Shown here: positions 55,376-64,000 of the stretch, piece after piece | Numbering within the stretch: the first letter of the stretch is position 1 | Layout: every line of letters starts with the position of its first letter | From: an uncultured Chloroflexia bacterium | GTDB lineage: Bacteria; Chloroflexota; Anaerolineae; Promineifilales; UBA4811 | Length of the DNA: 64,000 bases | Direction: 5' to 3' | Assembly: GCA_963695825.1 (NCBI GenBank) | Contig: CAVOHX010000009.1 | Location: forward strand, 1,292-65,291 | Translations under genes and position numbers: made by a program | Notes under the pieces: model-generated | What the model was told of the DNA's origin: nothing | Database searches by the model: none | The model's input: only the letters and a program-made list of their open reading frames with translations

Positions 55376-55807
55376 ATGTCGGTGAATAAGCTCTTGAGAG
55401 AGTCGGCTCTCTTTTCAGGTCTTTCTGATGGCGAACTGGAAGCGGTAGTCTCTACCTGTGTCGAACGATCTTTTGATGCCGGGAGCATCATTATTCGGCA
55501 GGGGGACACGGGCGACGAGATCTTTATCATCCAGGAAGGGCAGGTCGAGATCGTGGTGATGGGACCCAAGCCGGAGATACTCGTTGTCCTGGGCAAGGGA
55601 CAGATCCTGGGCGAGATGTCCCTGCTGGATTTTGGCTATCGATCGGCAACGGCGCGGGCTGCCGCCTCGACCCAGGTCCAGGTGATCAAAGAAGCTGACT
55701 TTACCGCGCTCTGCGAGCGGGACCATCATATTGGATACGTGGTGATGCGCAATCTGGCGGCCGACCTGTCGTTCAAGCTGCGGCATCGTAACCTGGCGAC
55801 CATGTAG
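55376..55807 (+). CDS. Cyclic-nucleotide-binding domain protein
   Basis: …IIRQGDTGDEIFIIQEGQVEI...LGEMSLLD...RSATARAA…. Confidence 0.75.
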   Translation: MSVNKLLRESALFSGLSDGELEAVVSTCVERSFDAGSIIIRQGDTGDEIFIIQEGQVEIVVMGPKPEILVVLGKGQILGEMSLLDFGYRSATARAAASTQVQVIKEADFTALCERDHHIGYVVMRNLAADLSFKLRHRNLATM

Positions 55808-55821
55808 GCTCGGGAGGCGTC

Positions 55822-56034
55822 ATGATTTACAAGATCAGTTACGTGGTGCGTGGCGGCTCGCACCCCGGCGCAATCCTGGATTCGGACAGATTGCCTCAAG
55901 TGGGCGATGAGGTGACATTCGGGGGGGTACGATTTCGCATCATCGAGGTGATGGAGCTGATGCCGGCCCGCGGCGGGTTTGGTTTCCTGCACGCAACCTG
56001 CGAGCCCGTGGGGGCGGCGAGAGAGGAAGAGTAG
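55822..56034 (+). CDS. Hypothetical 70-aa protein
   Basis: ORF 14 nt after the previous stop. No motif recognised. Confidence 0.35.
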   Translation: MIYKISYVVRGGSHPGAILDSDRLPQVGDEVTFGGVRFRIIEVMELMPARGGFGFLHATCEPVGAAREEE

Positions 56035-56043
56035 GTCCCTGGT

Positions 56044-57478
56044 CTACCTGAAGAACCAGGCCACCACGTTGGGGGTGAGAAACGTCTCTACCAGCGAGGC
56101 GATCAGCAGTAGGGGGAGTGTGAGGCCGGCAAAGATTCGGCAAAAATGGGCCGCTGCCTCGATCCACACGTCTATCAAGCCCCGGCCTGGAGGCGGGGCA
56201 ACCGTCGTTGCGCCCCAATGAAAGATCGCTGTCGAGGCCAACACGAGAGCAGGCAACTCGAGGATCGCGTGGGGGAGCACGAATGGGATCATGGCCAACG
56301 GACTTGAACCGCCCAGGGCGAATTGCCCGGCTATGTAACCGATCAACCCCCACGGCAGCATGAACACCATCACGGCCGCGACCCCAAAGGTAAAGACCCC
56401 CAGCACGGCTTGAATAAGCAGTGCGCGCGACGTTCTGATAGACGATCAACAGCGACATCGCTCCGGTGGCCGGACGACGGCCGGCGCCCCCCAATTGCAG
56501 CAGCGACAGGTTGCTCGACATCGCGGCCGGGAGGTCCTCCAGAAGCATTTCCGGAAACGGGAAATGCTCGGCCTGGGTATAGCCCACCAGTAGAGCTGCC
56601 GCCCAGACCCCGAGCATCAATAGCAAGGGAAGACGCCAGGCCGCGACTCTTTGCAGCGTCAAGCGGTACCACCCAAAACGCCCGGCGGCCCCGGCGGTCA
56701 GGCGCTGCCTGAAGATGCGCCATCCCTTCCTTAGATCGAGTTGGTCGATCTCACGGATCAGTAGTTCCTCGCGGTCAAACAGGTGAATCCCCATGCGCAC
56801 AAAGAGCGCTGCGACCAACAGCAGCGCGATCACAAATCCCCAGAGCCACTCGGGGGTGCTAGAGATAATGACAAAGCTTTCCGCCAGAATGAGCCCGCCG
56901 ATCGGCAGGATGATAAAGCTGGCCAACATACCGGCCGCTCGTACACTGGTTGTCTGGCTAGAGATGACCACCGCCACGGCAACCATCACCGCAGCTTGCA
57001 CCGTAGCCAGGACGTATACCAACACCAGCATACTGGCGGGGATCCGCCAATCCGCCAGCACAATCAGGCCAACAGAATAGATGCTCATGCCCAGGTAGGC
57101 AGCCATCAGCGGTGGAACGATCACCCCTACGAACTTGCCCAGATACAATTGCCAATCGGCGAGCGGCGTCACCAGCAAAGGCTCCAGGCTCTTGCCCTCC
57201 TTTTCGCCCGCAAAGGCGCCGAGGGCGGAGTAGAGCGAAGCAGAAACGGGAAAAAAGCCCACCATGAGCAGGAGAAACGGGATGAATCGATCGCCCATGA
57301 CGGTGCCGCCGTATTGGGCGACAAACTCTAGCGCTTGCTGGGCGCTAAAATCCATCAACACCGGGAAACCGAGCGCCAGCAATACAGTCGGCACCATCTG
57401 ACGCCAGTCGCGCAACGTATCCAGCATCTCGCGGCGGGCTATGATCCAGGCGGGTTGAATCGCGGTGCGCAAGCTCAT
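56044..57478 (-). CDS. ABC-2-type permease fused to a SpoIIM-like C-terminal membrane domain, with one apparent frameshift near 56425
   Basis: MSLRTAIQPAWIIARREMLDTLRDWRQ... carries the ABC-2 TMs. After ...LLIVYQNV the frame switches to ORF 56044..56406 (LGVFTFGVAAVMVFMLPWGLIGYIAGQFAL...HAILELPALVLA). The ATG overlaps the ATPase stop (ATGA). Confidence 0.65.
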
Positions 57479-58437
57479 GACTCCACCGTTGCGGTTGGGT
57501 TGTCCACGACCCTCAAATAGACCTCCTCCAGGCTCTGGGGGACCTGGCTGAGGGTCACTACCTCCAGGCCGAGGGCGGCCAACCGCTGCAGGACCACCGG
57601 GTTGGTGATCTCCTGGCTTGGCCGTGCGGTAGCGGAACCAGTTGTCCCCATATTCCTCAACGGTGATGACACCATCCAGGTCAGGCTTGAGGCCGTCGAA
57701 GGACTGGACCAGGCGGGCTTCCATGATCGGGTCGCCCAGCAACTGGCGCTTGAGGTCCTCCGGCGCGCCCGGGCGATGATGTGGCCCCGTCGGATGATGG
57801 CAATGCGATCGGCCAGCGCTTCGGCCTCTGCCAGGTTGTGGGTACAAAGCAGGATGGTGCGGTGCTCATCGCGCAGTTGGCTGACCGCATCCCGCACCGT
57901 CTTGGCGCTGTGCGGGTCCATGGCCGAGGTTGGTTCATCCATCATCAGCACCGGTGGGTCGTGCAGCATGGCGCGTATGATCGCCAGTTTCTGCCGCATG
58001 CCCTTGGAGTATTCGCCGATGCGCCGGTGAGCTGCGTCCGCCATGTCAAAACGCTCGAGCCACGCCAGCGCACGCGGCCGGGTGACCTTGCCATCCAATC
58101 CATGCAGTTGCCCAAAAAACTCGAGATAGTCGATACCCGGCATGCGCAGGTAGAGACCGGGCTGCTCGGTCAGGATGCCCACCTGGCGACGCACCTCCAT
58201 GGACTGCTCCGCGACGCTGTATCCGGCGATCCACGCCGAGCCCGTCGTCGGCCGGAGCAGGCAGGCGAGCATCCGCATGGTGGTGGTCTTGCCGGCGCCG
58301 TTGGGCCCCAACAGCGCAAGCAACTCTCCCTTGCCAACCGTCAGGTCCACGCCAGTGACGGCGGCGAAATCCTCAAAGGATTTACCGAGGTTGCGAGTTT
58401 CGATCACTTGGATTTGGCGTGCACCGGCGTGCGACAA
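57475..58437 (-). CDS. ABC transporter ATP-binding protein with two compensating frameshifts (~57770 and ~57612)
   Basis: Walker A GPNGAGKTT, signature YSKGMRQK and Walker B VLMMDEPTS. The segment GAPEDLKRQLLGDPIMEARLVQSFDGLKPDLDGVITVEEYGDNWFRYRT lies in the frame of ORF 55940..57847. The likely true start is GTG near 58404. Confidence 0.75.
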   Translation of the reverse strand: MSHAGARQIQVIETRNLGKSFEDFAAVTGVDLTVGKGELLALLGPNGAGKTTTMRMLACLLRPTTGSAWIAGYSVAEQSMEVRRQVGILTEQPGLYLRMPGIDYLEFFGQLHGLDGKVTRPRALAWLERFDMADAAHRRIGEYSKGMRQKLAIIRAMLHDPPVLMMDEPTSAMDPHSAKTVRDAVSQLRDEHRTILLCTHNLAEAEALADRIAIIRRGHIIARARRRTSSASCWATRSWKPAWSSPSTASSLTWMVSSPLRNMGTTGSATARPSQEITNPVVLQRLAALGLEVVTLSQVPQSLEEVYLRVVDNPTATVES

Positions 58438-59336
58438 TAAAGGCAGCGACCAAAACGGCCGCTACCGCCGACAGCGCCATGGCGATGTTGATACCGCTAT
58501 CCTGGCCGTTGATCAGGATGTTGGGGCTGTCCAGGCGGACAGTCTCCATGAGAATCGTGGCCGATGGGATATAGGATCAGATAGAATCCCAGCAACTCGC
58601 CGCGCAAGAGCTTGTCGCGGAACTGATGGGCCAGCCCCCAGAGAACCAGGAAGGTGAATAGGTTCCACAGGGATTCGTACAAAAAGGTCGGGTGAAAGAG
58701 ATGGTCGTCCGCGTATCCGGAAAGCGGGTATTGGATATAGACCGCCCAGGGGAGGTCGGTCGGTCGGCCGTAAAGCTCCTGGTTGAAAAAGTTGCCCCAC
58801 CGGCCCACAAATTGCCCCAAGGCGAGACCGTCGGCGCCGACGTCGGCGTACGCCAGCCAGTCCATCTTGTAGCGGCGGCCGTAGAGGAAAAGCGCCACCA
58901 GGGCGCCGACGATGGCGCCATAGATACCCAGCCCCCCGCCGCGAACGTCGATCAGCCTGGCAGGGTCCTTGAAATAGTCCAGCGCGGTGCAAATGCCCAG
59001 CGATTCGCACATGCTGGGCGGTGGGGTGAGGATGTGGTAGATGCGGGCGCCGATTACGGCCAGTATGATGGCCCACATGAGCCCCCCCCACACGTGATCG
59101 GGGTCCAGGCCGCGCCGTTGGATTTCAAAGGTGACGGTATAGGCGCCCAGAATGATACCGCCGACGATGAGGATGCCGTACCAGTAGATCTGGAAATCCT
59201 TTATGGGCAAGGTAATCGCCGCCCGCCCGGGCGTCTCGTGGGTGGTCAGGTGGCGAATGTATATCCCGCCGAGGACAATGGCGATCACGAGGATGATGTA
59301 CCAATAGGGTTCGACTTTACGCAAGCGCTTGGACAT
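58382..59336 (-). CDS. lgt: Prolipoprotein diacylglyceryl transferase with one apparent frameshift near 58560
   Basis: MSKRLRKVEPYWYIILVIAIVLGG...GGLGIYGAIVGA...GRWGNFFNQELYGRPTDLPWAV...HPTFLYESLWN. The C-terminal continuation ILMETVRLDSPNILINGQ... is in another frame. Confidence 0.8.
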
Positions 59337-59338
59337 GA

Positions 59339-59974
59339 TTAACCTTTGACATAATGTGGTTCGGACTGGTCGGTTGGTTTGGACTCGACCAGTAACAGTT
59401 GCTGTCTGGTGTATACCAGGCGTTGGACAAAGGTGACGTGCGAGATAAGAGCGATCAGAGCGATGGTCCAGAAAATAGCGCCAGAAACCTTGAACCAACC
59501 TTCCAGGCCCAGCCCGATAAAGAGGAGAAGCAGCTTTTCCGCGCGGCCAGCCCAACCCACGACACAGCTCTCAAGGCCGCCCACCGATTCAGCCTTGGCG
59601 CGCACATAGCTCGCCATGACAATGCCAAACATGGCGACATAGACCAGCCAGGCGGGCACGTGCTCGCTGAGCAAGATGCCACCCAAAAGGAAGAACTCGA
59701 CATAACGGTCAACGTTGTGATCCAATACGGTGCCAAAGCGCGTGGAGGTTCCCCGAGCGCGAGCGGTGGCGCCGTCCATCGCGTCGGCCGCGTTGGCCAG
59801 GACCGCCACCACCAGGCCCCAGCCCCAGGACTTTTGCCATAAAAAGTAAGCGCTCACCAGGCTCAGCAACACACTGAAAAAGGTCCAAAAGTCCGGGCCC
59901 AGGCCCAGCCTGACGCTGAGCCTGCCCAGCGGTATGACGATCTTTTGATAAACCGATCTGAATCGCGCTAGCAT
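59339..59974 (-). CDS. CDP-alcohol phosphatidyltransferase family protein
   Basis: ADAMDGATARARGTSTRFGTVLDHNVDRY matches D-x2-DG-x2-AR...G-x3-D-x3-D. Confidence 0.8.
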   Translation of the reverse strand: MLARFRSVYQKIVIPLGRLSVRLGLGPDFWTFFSVLLSLVSAYFLWQKSWGWGLVVAVLANAADAMDGATARARGTSTRFGTVLDHNVDRYVEFFLLGGILLSEHVPAWLVYVAMFGIVMASYVRAKAESVGGLESCVVGWAGRAEKLLLLFIGLGLEGWFKVSGAIFWTIALIALISHVTFVQRLVYTRQQLLLVESKPTDQSEPHYVKG

Positions 59975-60029
59975 AGTGGTCTTTCCTTGGTGATCTGGTG
60001 CACCGTTGCTCCCTGGGCTGAAGAATGGG

Positions 60030-60953
60030 TCAGGCCCGCGCCAGCAGCGTCTCTGCCCGCCGCAGGGCCTCTGGAAGAGTGAGGGGGAACTCGGGACCGG
60101 TGTTTTCTACCATCACCGAGGCGACCGCGGACGCCACGCAACCTACCCGGTAAAGATCCTCCGGCGTTCGGGAATACTGGTACATAAAGCCACCAGCGTA
60201 GGTGTCTCCGGCGCCCGTCGGATCCTTGGCGGTCGTCCGGTAAGCCGGAATTCGGAAAGAACGAACGCCATCGTAGATGATCGACCCCGCCTCGGCGATG
60301 GTCACGATGGCGATGGGGGGGTGGTTGGGGCGGCGTTCCCCATCTGTCATGAGGTCGAAAAGCCTCCTAACTGCCGCCTCTGCGTCGTGACGCGGGTTCA
60401 CCCCCGTTAGAATGAGCGCCTCTTGCTCGTTGGGCTTGACCACGTCAAAGAGCGGGAGGATGGAAATCAAGTCAGGGTTCCGGTATCGTTCTATCCGGCC
60501 GTCCCGGATGCGACGCATCAACCCTTGTGGGTCGAGCACCAGGGGAGCGTCCGTCGCTTGCACAATCGAGGTCACCAAATCTGGAGGCGTCTCCCCGAGA
60601 ATCGGTCCCACAAAGACAACGTCGGCCTCCCGGAAGCGCTCCGGAAACCTGTCGATGGGGTCCGCGATGCCCAGCACCTCGAGAGTCCGATCGCCGGTGT
60701 CATCATAGACGAGCCCAAAGCCTCCCGTCTCGGCTGTGGGCAGCAACTCGTACGCAATCCCGAACCGATCCATGTCGGCGCGAAACGCGCTCTCATAATC
60801 GGGTCCGATGCGGCCGACCAGCGCGGCAGGCTCGCCGAGTTTGGTCAAGGCCAGGCAGGCGTTGGTGGAGCAACCCGAGAGCACCCGCGTCTGGGTAGAG
60901 ATGTATGGTGTTTTGATATAGTCGTAAACGGGGTTGCCCAGACCAACGATCAT
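60030..60953 (-). CDS. PfkB-family carbohydrate kinase
   Basis: MIVGLGNPVYDYI...DPTGAGDTYAGGF. Confidence 0.75.
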   Translation of the reverse strand: MIVGLGNPVYDYIKTPYISTQTRVLSGCSTNACLALTKLGEPAALVGRIGPDYESAFRADMDRFGIAYELLPTAETGGFGLVYDDTGDRTLEVLGIADPIDRFPERFREADVVFVGPILGETPPDLVTSIVQATDAPLVLDPQGLMRRIRDGRIERYRNPDLISILPLFDVVKPNEQEALILTGVNPRHDAEAAVRRLFDLMTDGERRPNHPPIAIVTIAEAGSIIYDGVRSFRIPAYRTTAKDPTGAGDTYAGGFMYQYSRTPEDLYRVGCVASAVASVMVENTGPEFPLTLPEALRRAETLLARA

Positions 60954-61019
60954 GCTCTCTCCCTGTCAGGTTATGCTACAGTAAATCCATTCCAGCGTCA
61001 ATGTGAGAAACGTAATGGG

Positions 61020-61679
61020 TTAGCCGCCACCAAGTTGGCGTTGGCGACACAGTTGATAATAGGCCTCGATCTGGGAGAACTGGCTGGCCTTGGGGCGGAT
61101 GAACGGCCGCGTTCGGCGCACCATCGACCAGGCCTTTTCCGGGTCAAGGCCTGCGCTCACCAGATAGGCGACGGCCGTGGTCGGAGCGCGTCCCACCCCG
61201 GCGGCGCAGTGTATGTACACCGCCCGTCCCTGAGCAATCGCATCCCCTATGAACTGCGCGGCGCCGTCGAGTTGTTCTAGCGATGGCGGCGTGTCGTCCA
61301 CGGTGGGCAACCACAGGTGCCGCTCCAGGGCAACGCCGCGCGCGGCATCGTTCGCTTCTTCCCGCAGGCTGACGCTGGCGGTGATGTTTAGCGTCGCCAT
61401 GCGGGCCAGGCCGTGGCGGTAATGCTGTCCGCCGACAAAGAGCTGCGCGGTCACACGACTCGTATCGGCCGGCGACATCCCATGCGCCCAGCGCAGCGCA
61501 TGATCCCGTACCCACAGGCGAACCACCGGCAGGCCCTGGTCACGGATCCGGGAAAAGAGAATCTGTGCCCCAGCCACGATCGCCCGCGCCAGTTCGGCCG
61601 GGCTCTGTCTCTTGATCGCCAGCAGCACCACGCTGGCCGCCGCCAGTCCGGCGATTCCAAACCACTTTCGAGAACCCAT
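61020..61679 (-). CDS. Membrane-anchored dual-specificity (Cys-X5-Arg) protein phosphatase
   Basis: N-terminal TM helix (WFGIAGLAAASVVLLAI). Active site VYIHCAAGVGRAPT. Confidence 0.75.
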   Translation of the reverse strand: MGSRKWFGIAGLAAASVVLLAIKRQSPAELARAIVAGAQILFSRIRDQGLPVVRLWVRDHALRWAHGMSPADTSRVTAQLFVGGQHYRHGLARMATLNITASVSLREEANDAARGVALERHLWLPTVDDTPPSLEQLDGAAQFIGDAIAQGRAVYIHCAAGVGRAPTTAVAYLVSAGLDPEKAWSMVRRTRPFIRPKASQFSQIEAYYQLCRQRQLGGG

Positions 61680-61946
61680 AATTGTTCTCGTCCCTTTCCT
61701 TCACTGGTGTACCATACCGCAGAGTCTCTTGACCAACAGGTTTCGGGCGAATGACCGCGCAAGTATAACTCACCCCTGGTCAGGCGCAATGCTGCCGTTC
61801 TGATTCGGGGAGCGGTGGCTGGCGGCCAGCGATGAGCTCTCAATTCGACAAATTGTCGCCCTCGAGTACAATTACGCTCGTGTACCGAGCTTCCACCGCC
61901 GCTGTTTTGCATTGACCTGTCCACGATTGTGAAGGAGAACCTGATC

Positions 61947-64000
61947 ATGCATCGAAAACCGTTCAAGGCGCTTGCGCTGCTGATTCCGCTGCTGCTGGGC
62001 AGCCTCTGGTTGGCCATCTCGCCCCTAGCGGCGCGGCCGTTCTACTCACTGGAACGCGACGATGGGCTGGCGGACGATGGCCCCATCTCTGAACCGGCCG
62101 TCGTCCGAATCTATGTGAGAGACCGGGACCACCTAAACGCGGTCGCCGGAGAACTCGACATCTGGGAGGCATACCCCGACAAGGGTTTTGTGGTAGCAGC
62201 CGTCAGCCCGGCCGAGTACCTGTGGTTGGAGGACTTGGGCTACGAGCTGCAAGTGGATGCGGCCAAGACGGCCCGCTTTCGCATCCAGGCGCCGCTGGAC
62301 CCGCGGTTTCATTATTATGATGATTTCTACGTCAACCCGAACGGGCGCTATATCGTGGATTACTTGCAGGGTGTCGCGGCTGACCACCCGGAACTCGCCG
62401 AGCTGTATGACATCGGCGACGCCTGGATGGCGGATCAGCCGGGTGAGCACGACCGTGACATCTGGGTTCTGCGGATCACCAACGAGGACCCGAGTTTTGG
62501 CGCGATCGACGACAAGCCCGCGTTTTACCTCTTTGCCACCGTCCACGCCCGTGAGGTGGCGGTGACAGAACTCGCCATCCGCTACATCCGGTACCTGACC
62601 GAGGGATACAACGGCGAAGGCGGGTATGGCGTCGATCCGGACGTCACCTGGCTGGTGGATCACAACGTGGCCTATGTGCTGGTGGTGCAGAATCCGGACG
62701 GACATTGGCAGAACGAACTGAACACAAGCAACGACCGGCGCAAAAACATGGACTGGGACGATGGGTGCTCCTATTCGTCATCCTGGGGAACTGATCTGAA
62801 CCGCAATAGCAGCTTTTTCTGGGGCTGCTGTGGTGGCTCTAGCGGCGATCCGTGTTCCACTACCTACCGCGGTCCGAGCGGGGGTTCTGAGCCCGAGACT
62901 CAAGCTTTCCAGAACCACTTTGGGGTCGTGATGCAGGACCAGAACGGGCCCAACACCCCCACCCAGCTCCCACCGGCCGCGCCCGATGATACCACGGGCA
63001 TCTTTATCACGATGCACAGCTACAGCGACCTGGTGCTCTGGCCTTGGGGTTTTCAGGGCTATGGCAACCCGCCAAACTATGCCCAGTTGCAGACGATCGG
63101 CCGCAAGCTAGCCGCCTTTACCAACTATGATCCCTCGGGCTCGATCTGGTACGATGTCGATGGGGCCACCGATGACTGGGTGTATGGCATGTTTGGCATA
63201 CCAAGCTTTACCTTTGAGGTGGGTTCCTCCGGCGGCGCCTGCGGCGGCTTTTTCCCCAGCTATGACTGCATCGATGGCACAAACAACGCTTCGCGGAATT
63301 TCTGGGCCGAGAACAAGCCCGCCTTTCTCTGGTCCCACAAGATCGCTCGCACCCCTTACATGACCGCCTATGGTCCTGACGCCGGGTCGGTGGTAATGAT
63401 GCCCGGCGCGGTCGCTCCCGGGGCGCAGACTCTGCTTTCCGCCACGGTGGATGACTTTCGATACGGCAGTGATCCACACCAGCCAATTGTCGCGGCCGAG
63501 TACTTTGTCGGCGGGCCCGGCGCTGATGGCGCCGGGGTGTCCATGTCACCCAGCGATGGGAGTTGGGGTGGGATAACTGAAGGGGTGGAAGCGACGATCG
63601 ACACCACGGGTCTGGCGCCGGGCCGGCACTATGTGCTCGTGCACGGGCAGAACAGCAACGGCGATTGGGGGCCATTCTCGGCCGCTTTTGTCTACGTGGT
63701 GGAACCCGGTGTCTCGCCGGTGATTGAGGGTTATGTGCGGGACGCCTCGACCAACGCGCCGCTAGAGGCGACAGTCACCGCTGGTTCCTTTCAGGCGAAC
63801 AGCGACCCGGCGACGGGATTCTATAGCATGACGGTGGTCAGCAGCACCTACCAGATGAGCGCCGTCGCCGCCGGTCATGCGATCTCGACGGTTACGGGTG
63901 TGGTCGCGCCAGACTATACCACCGTGAGGCAGGACTTTGGCCTATTCCCGATTTGCCAAGTCCTGAGTGACGATGTGGAGAGTGGCAACATTGGCTGGAC
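61947..64000 (+). CDS. Secreted M14 zinc carboxypeptidase with a C-terminal carboxypeptidase-regulatory-like domain. The 3' end is beyond the window, so it is absent from the ORF track.
   Basis: ATG 61947 follows GAAGGAGAA, with signal peptide MHRKPFKALALLIPLLLGSLWLAISPLAA. Motifs: FYLFATVHAREVAVTE (HxxE), NPDG, TMHSYSDLVLWPWG and FTFEVG. The later segment VIEGYVRDASTNAPLEATV is the regulatory-like domain. Confidence 0.8.
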   Translation, partial: MHRKPFKALALLIPLLLGSLWLAISPLAARPFYSLERDDGLADDGPISEPAVVRIYVRDRDHLNAVAGELDIWEAYPDKGFVVAAVSPAEYLWLEDLGYELQVDAAKTARFRIQAPLDPRFHYYDDFYVNPNGRYIVDYLQGVAADHPELAELYDIGDAWMADQPGEHDRDIWVLRITNEDPSFGAIDDKPAFYLFATVHAREVAVTELAIRYIRYLTEGYNGEGGYGVDPDVTWLVDHNVAYVLVVQNPDGHWQNELNTSNDRRKNMDWDDGCSYSSSWGTDLNRNSSFFWGCCGGSSGDPCSTTYRGPSGGSEPETQAFQNHFGVVMQDQNGPNTPTQLPPAAPDDTTGIFITMHSYSDLVLWPWGFQGYGNPPNYAQLQTIGRKLAAFTNYDPSGSIWYDVDGATDDWVYGMFGIPSFTFEVGSSGGACGGFFPSYDCIDGTNNASRNFWAENKPAFLWSHKIARTPYMTAYGPDAGSVVMMPGAVAPGAQTLLSATVDDFRYGSDPHQPIVAAEYFVGGPGADGAGVSMSPSDGSWGGITEGVEATIDTTGLAPGRHYVLVHGQNSNGDWGPFSAAFVYVVEPGVSPVIEGYVRDASTNAPLEATVTAGSFQANSDPATGFYSMTVVSSTYQMSAVAAGHAISTVTGVVAPDYTTVRQDFGLFPICQVLSDDVESGNIGW

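Noticed and set aside
55940-57847. 635-aa minus-strand ORF taken as one gene
   Set aside because: It is a read-through composite. Its N-terminal part is the out-of-frame middle of the ABC ATPase, its centre is the ABC-2 permease, and its tail is an out-of-frame reading of the SpoIIM-like domain.

Overview
By eye the window splits into three compositional blocks. (A) 1 to ~4.0 kb is GC-rich. It holds an SLC12-like permease on the minus strand that runs off the left edge, with its N-terminal third broken by frameshifts, and an NhaP-type Na+/H+ antiporter. (B) ~4.1-21.9 kb is AT-richer accessory DNA. It starts with a radical-SAM gene and a relic Y1 (RayT/IS200-like) transposase. An integron-type gene-cassette array of ~13 kb follows (6.0-19.3 kb). 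The array has about 18 attC-like imperfect palindromes (RYYYAAC...GTTRRRY), each following a small + strand ORF. No integron integrase or attI is visible, so it looks like a CALIN. Cassettes encode three SEC-C-motif proteins, a VOC/glyoxalase, a SAM methyltransferase, a YkgJ Cys-cluster protein, an aldehyde dehydrogenase, a BNR-repeat protein, GrpB, unknowns, and a GC-rich SLOG-like + TIR-like (Cap12/PycTIR-type) fusion. That fusion is my best candidate for an undescribed defence-type module. One cassette is split by a 1.35-kb IS and one attC by a 158-bp MITE-like element. Two ORF-less, highly structured composite attC elements are also present. After the array comes a decayed thiol-disulfide cluster (ccdA, dsbA-like, dsbB-like, tlpA-like). 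(C) 21.9-64 kb is GC-rich housekeeping DNA with Chloroflexota-like content: a MalT/SARP regulator, C11 clostripain-like protease, secDF, secG, a two-component operon with an embedded sirtuin, an isopentenyl-phosphate kinase + mevalonate kinase + UbiA cluster, tlyA, lepA, a heterodimeric ABC exporter behind a leader ORF and tandem terminators, rhomboid, lspA, lgt and an M14 carboxypeptidase. The B/C junction (~21.89 kb) truncates a gene on each side. Frameshifts are strongly clustered (1.2-2.0, 12-13.2, 19.7-21.9 and 45.3-47.1 kb). A chimeric or unpolished assembly must therefore be excluded before any biological reading. I recognised no rRNA, tRNA or CRISPR array. All coordinates, GC statements and domain calls come from manual reading; no searches were run.
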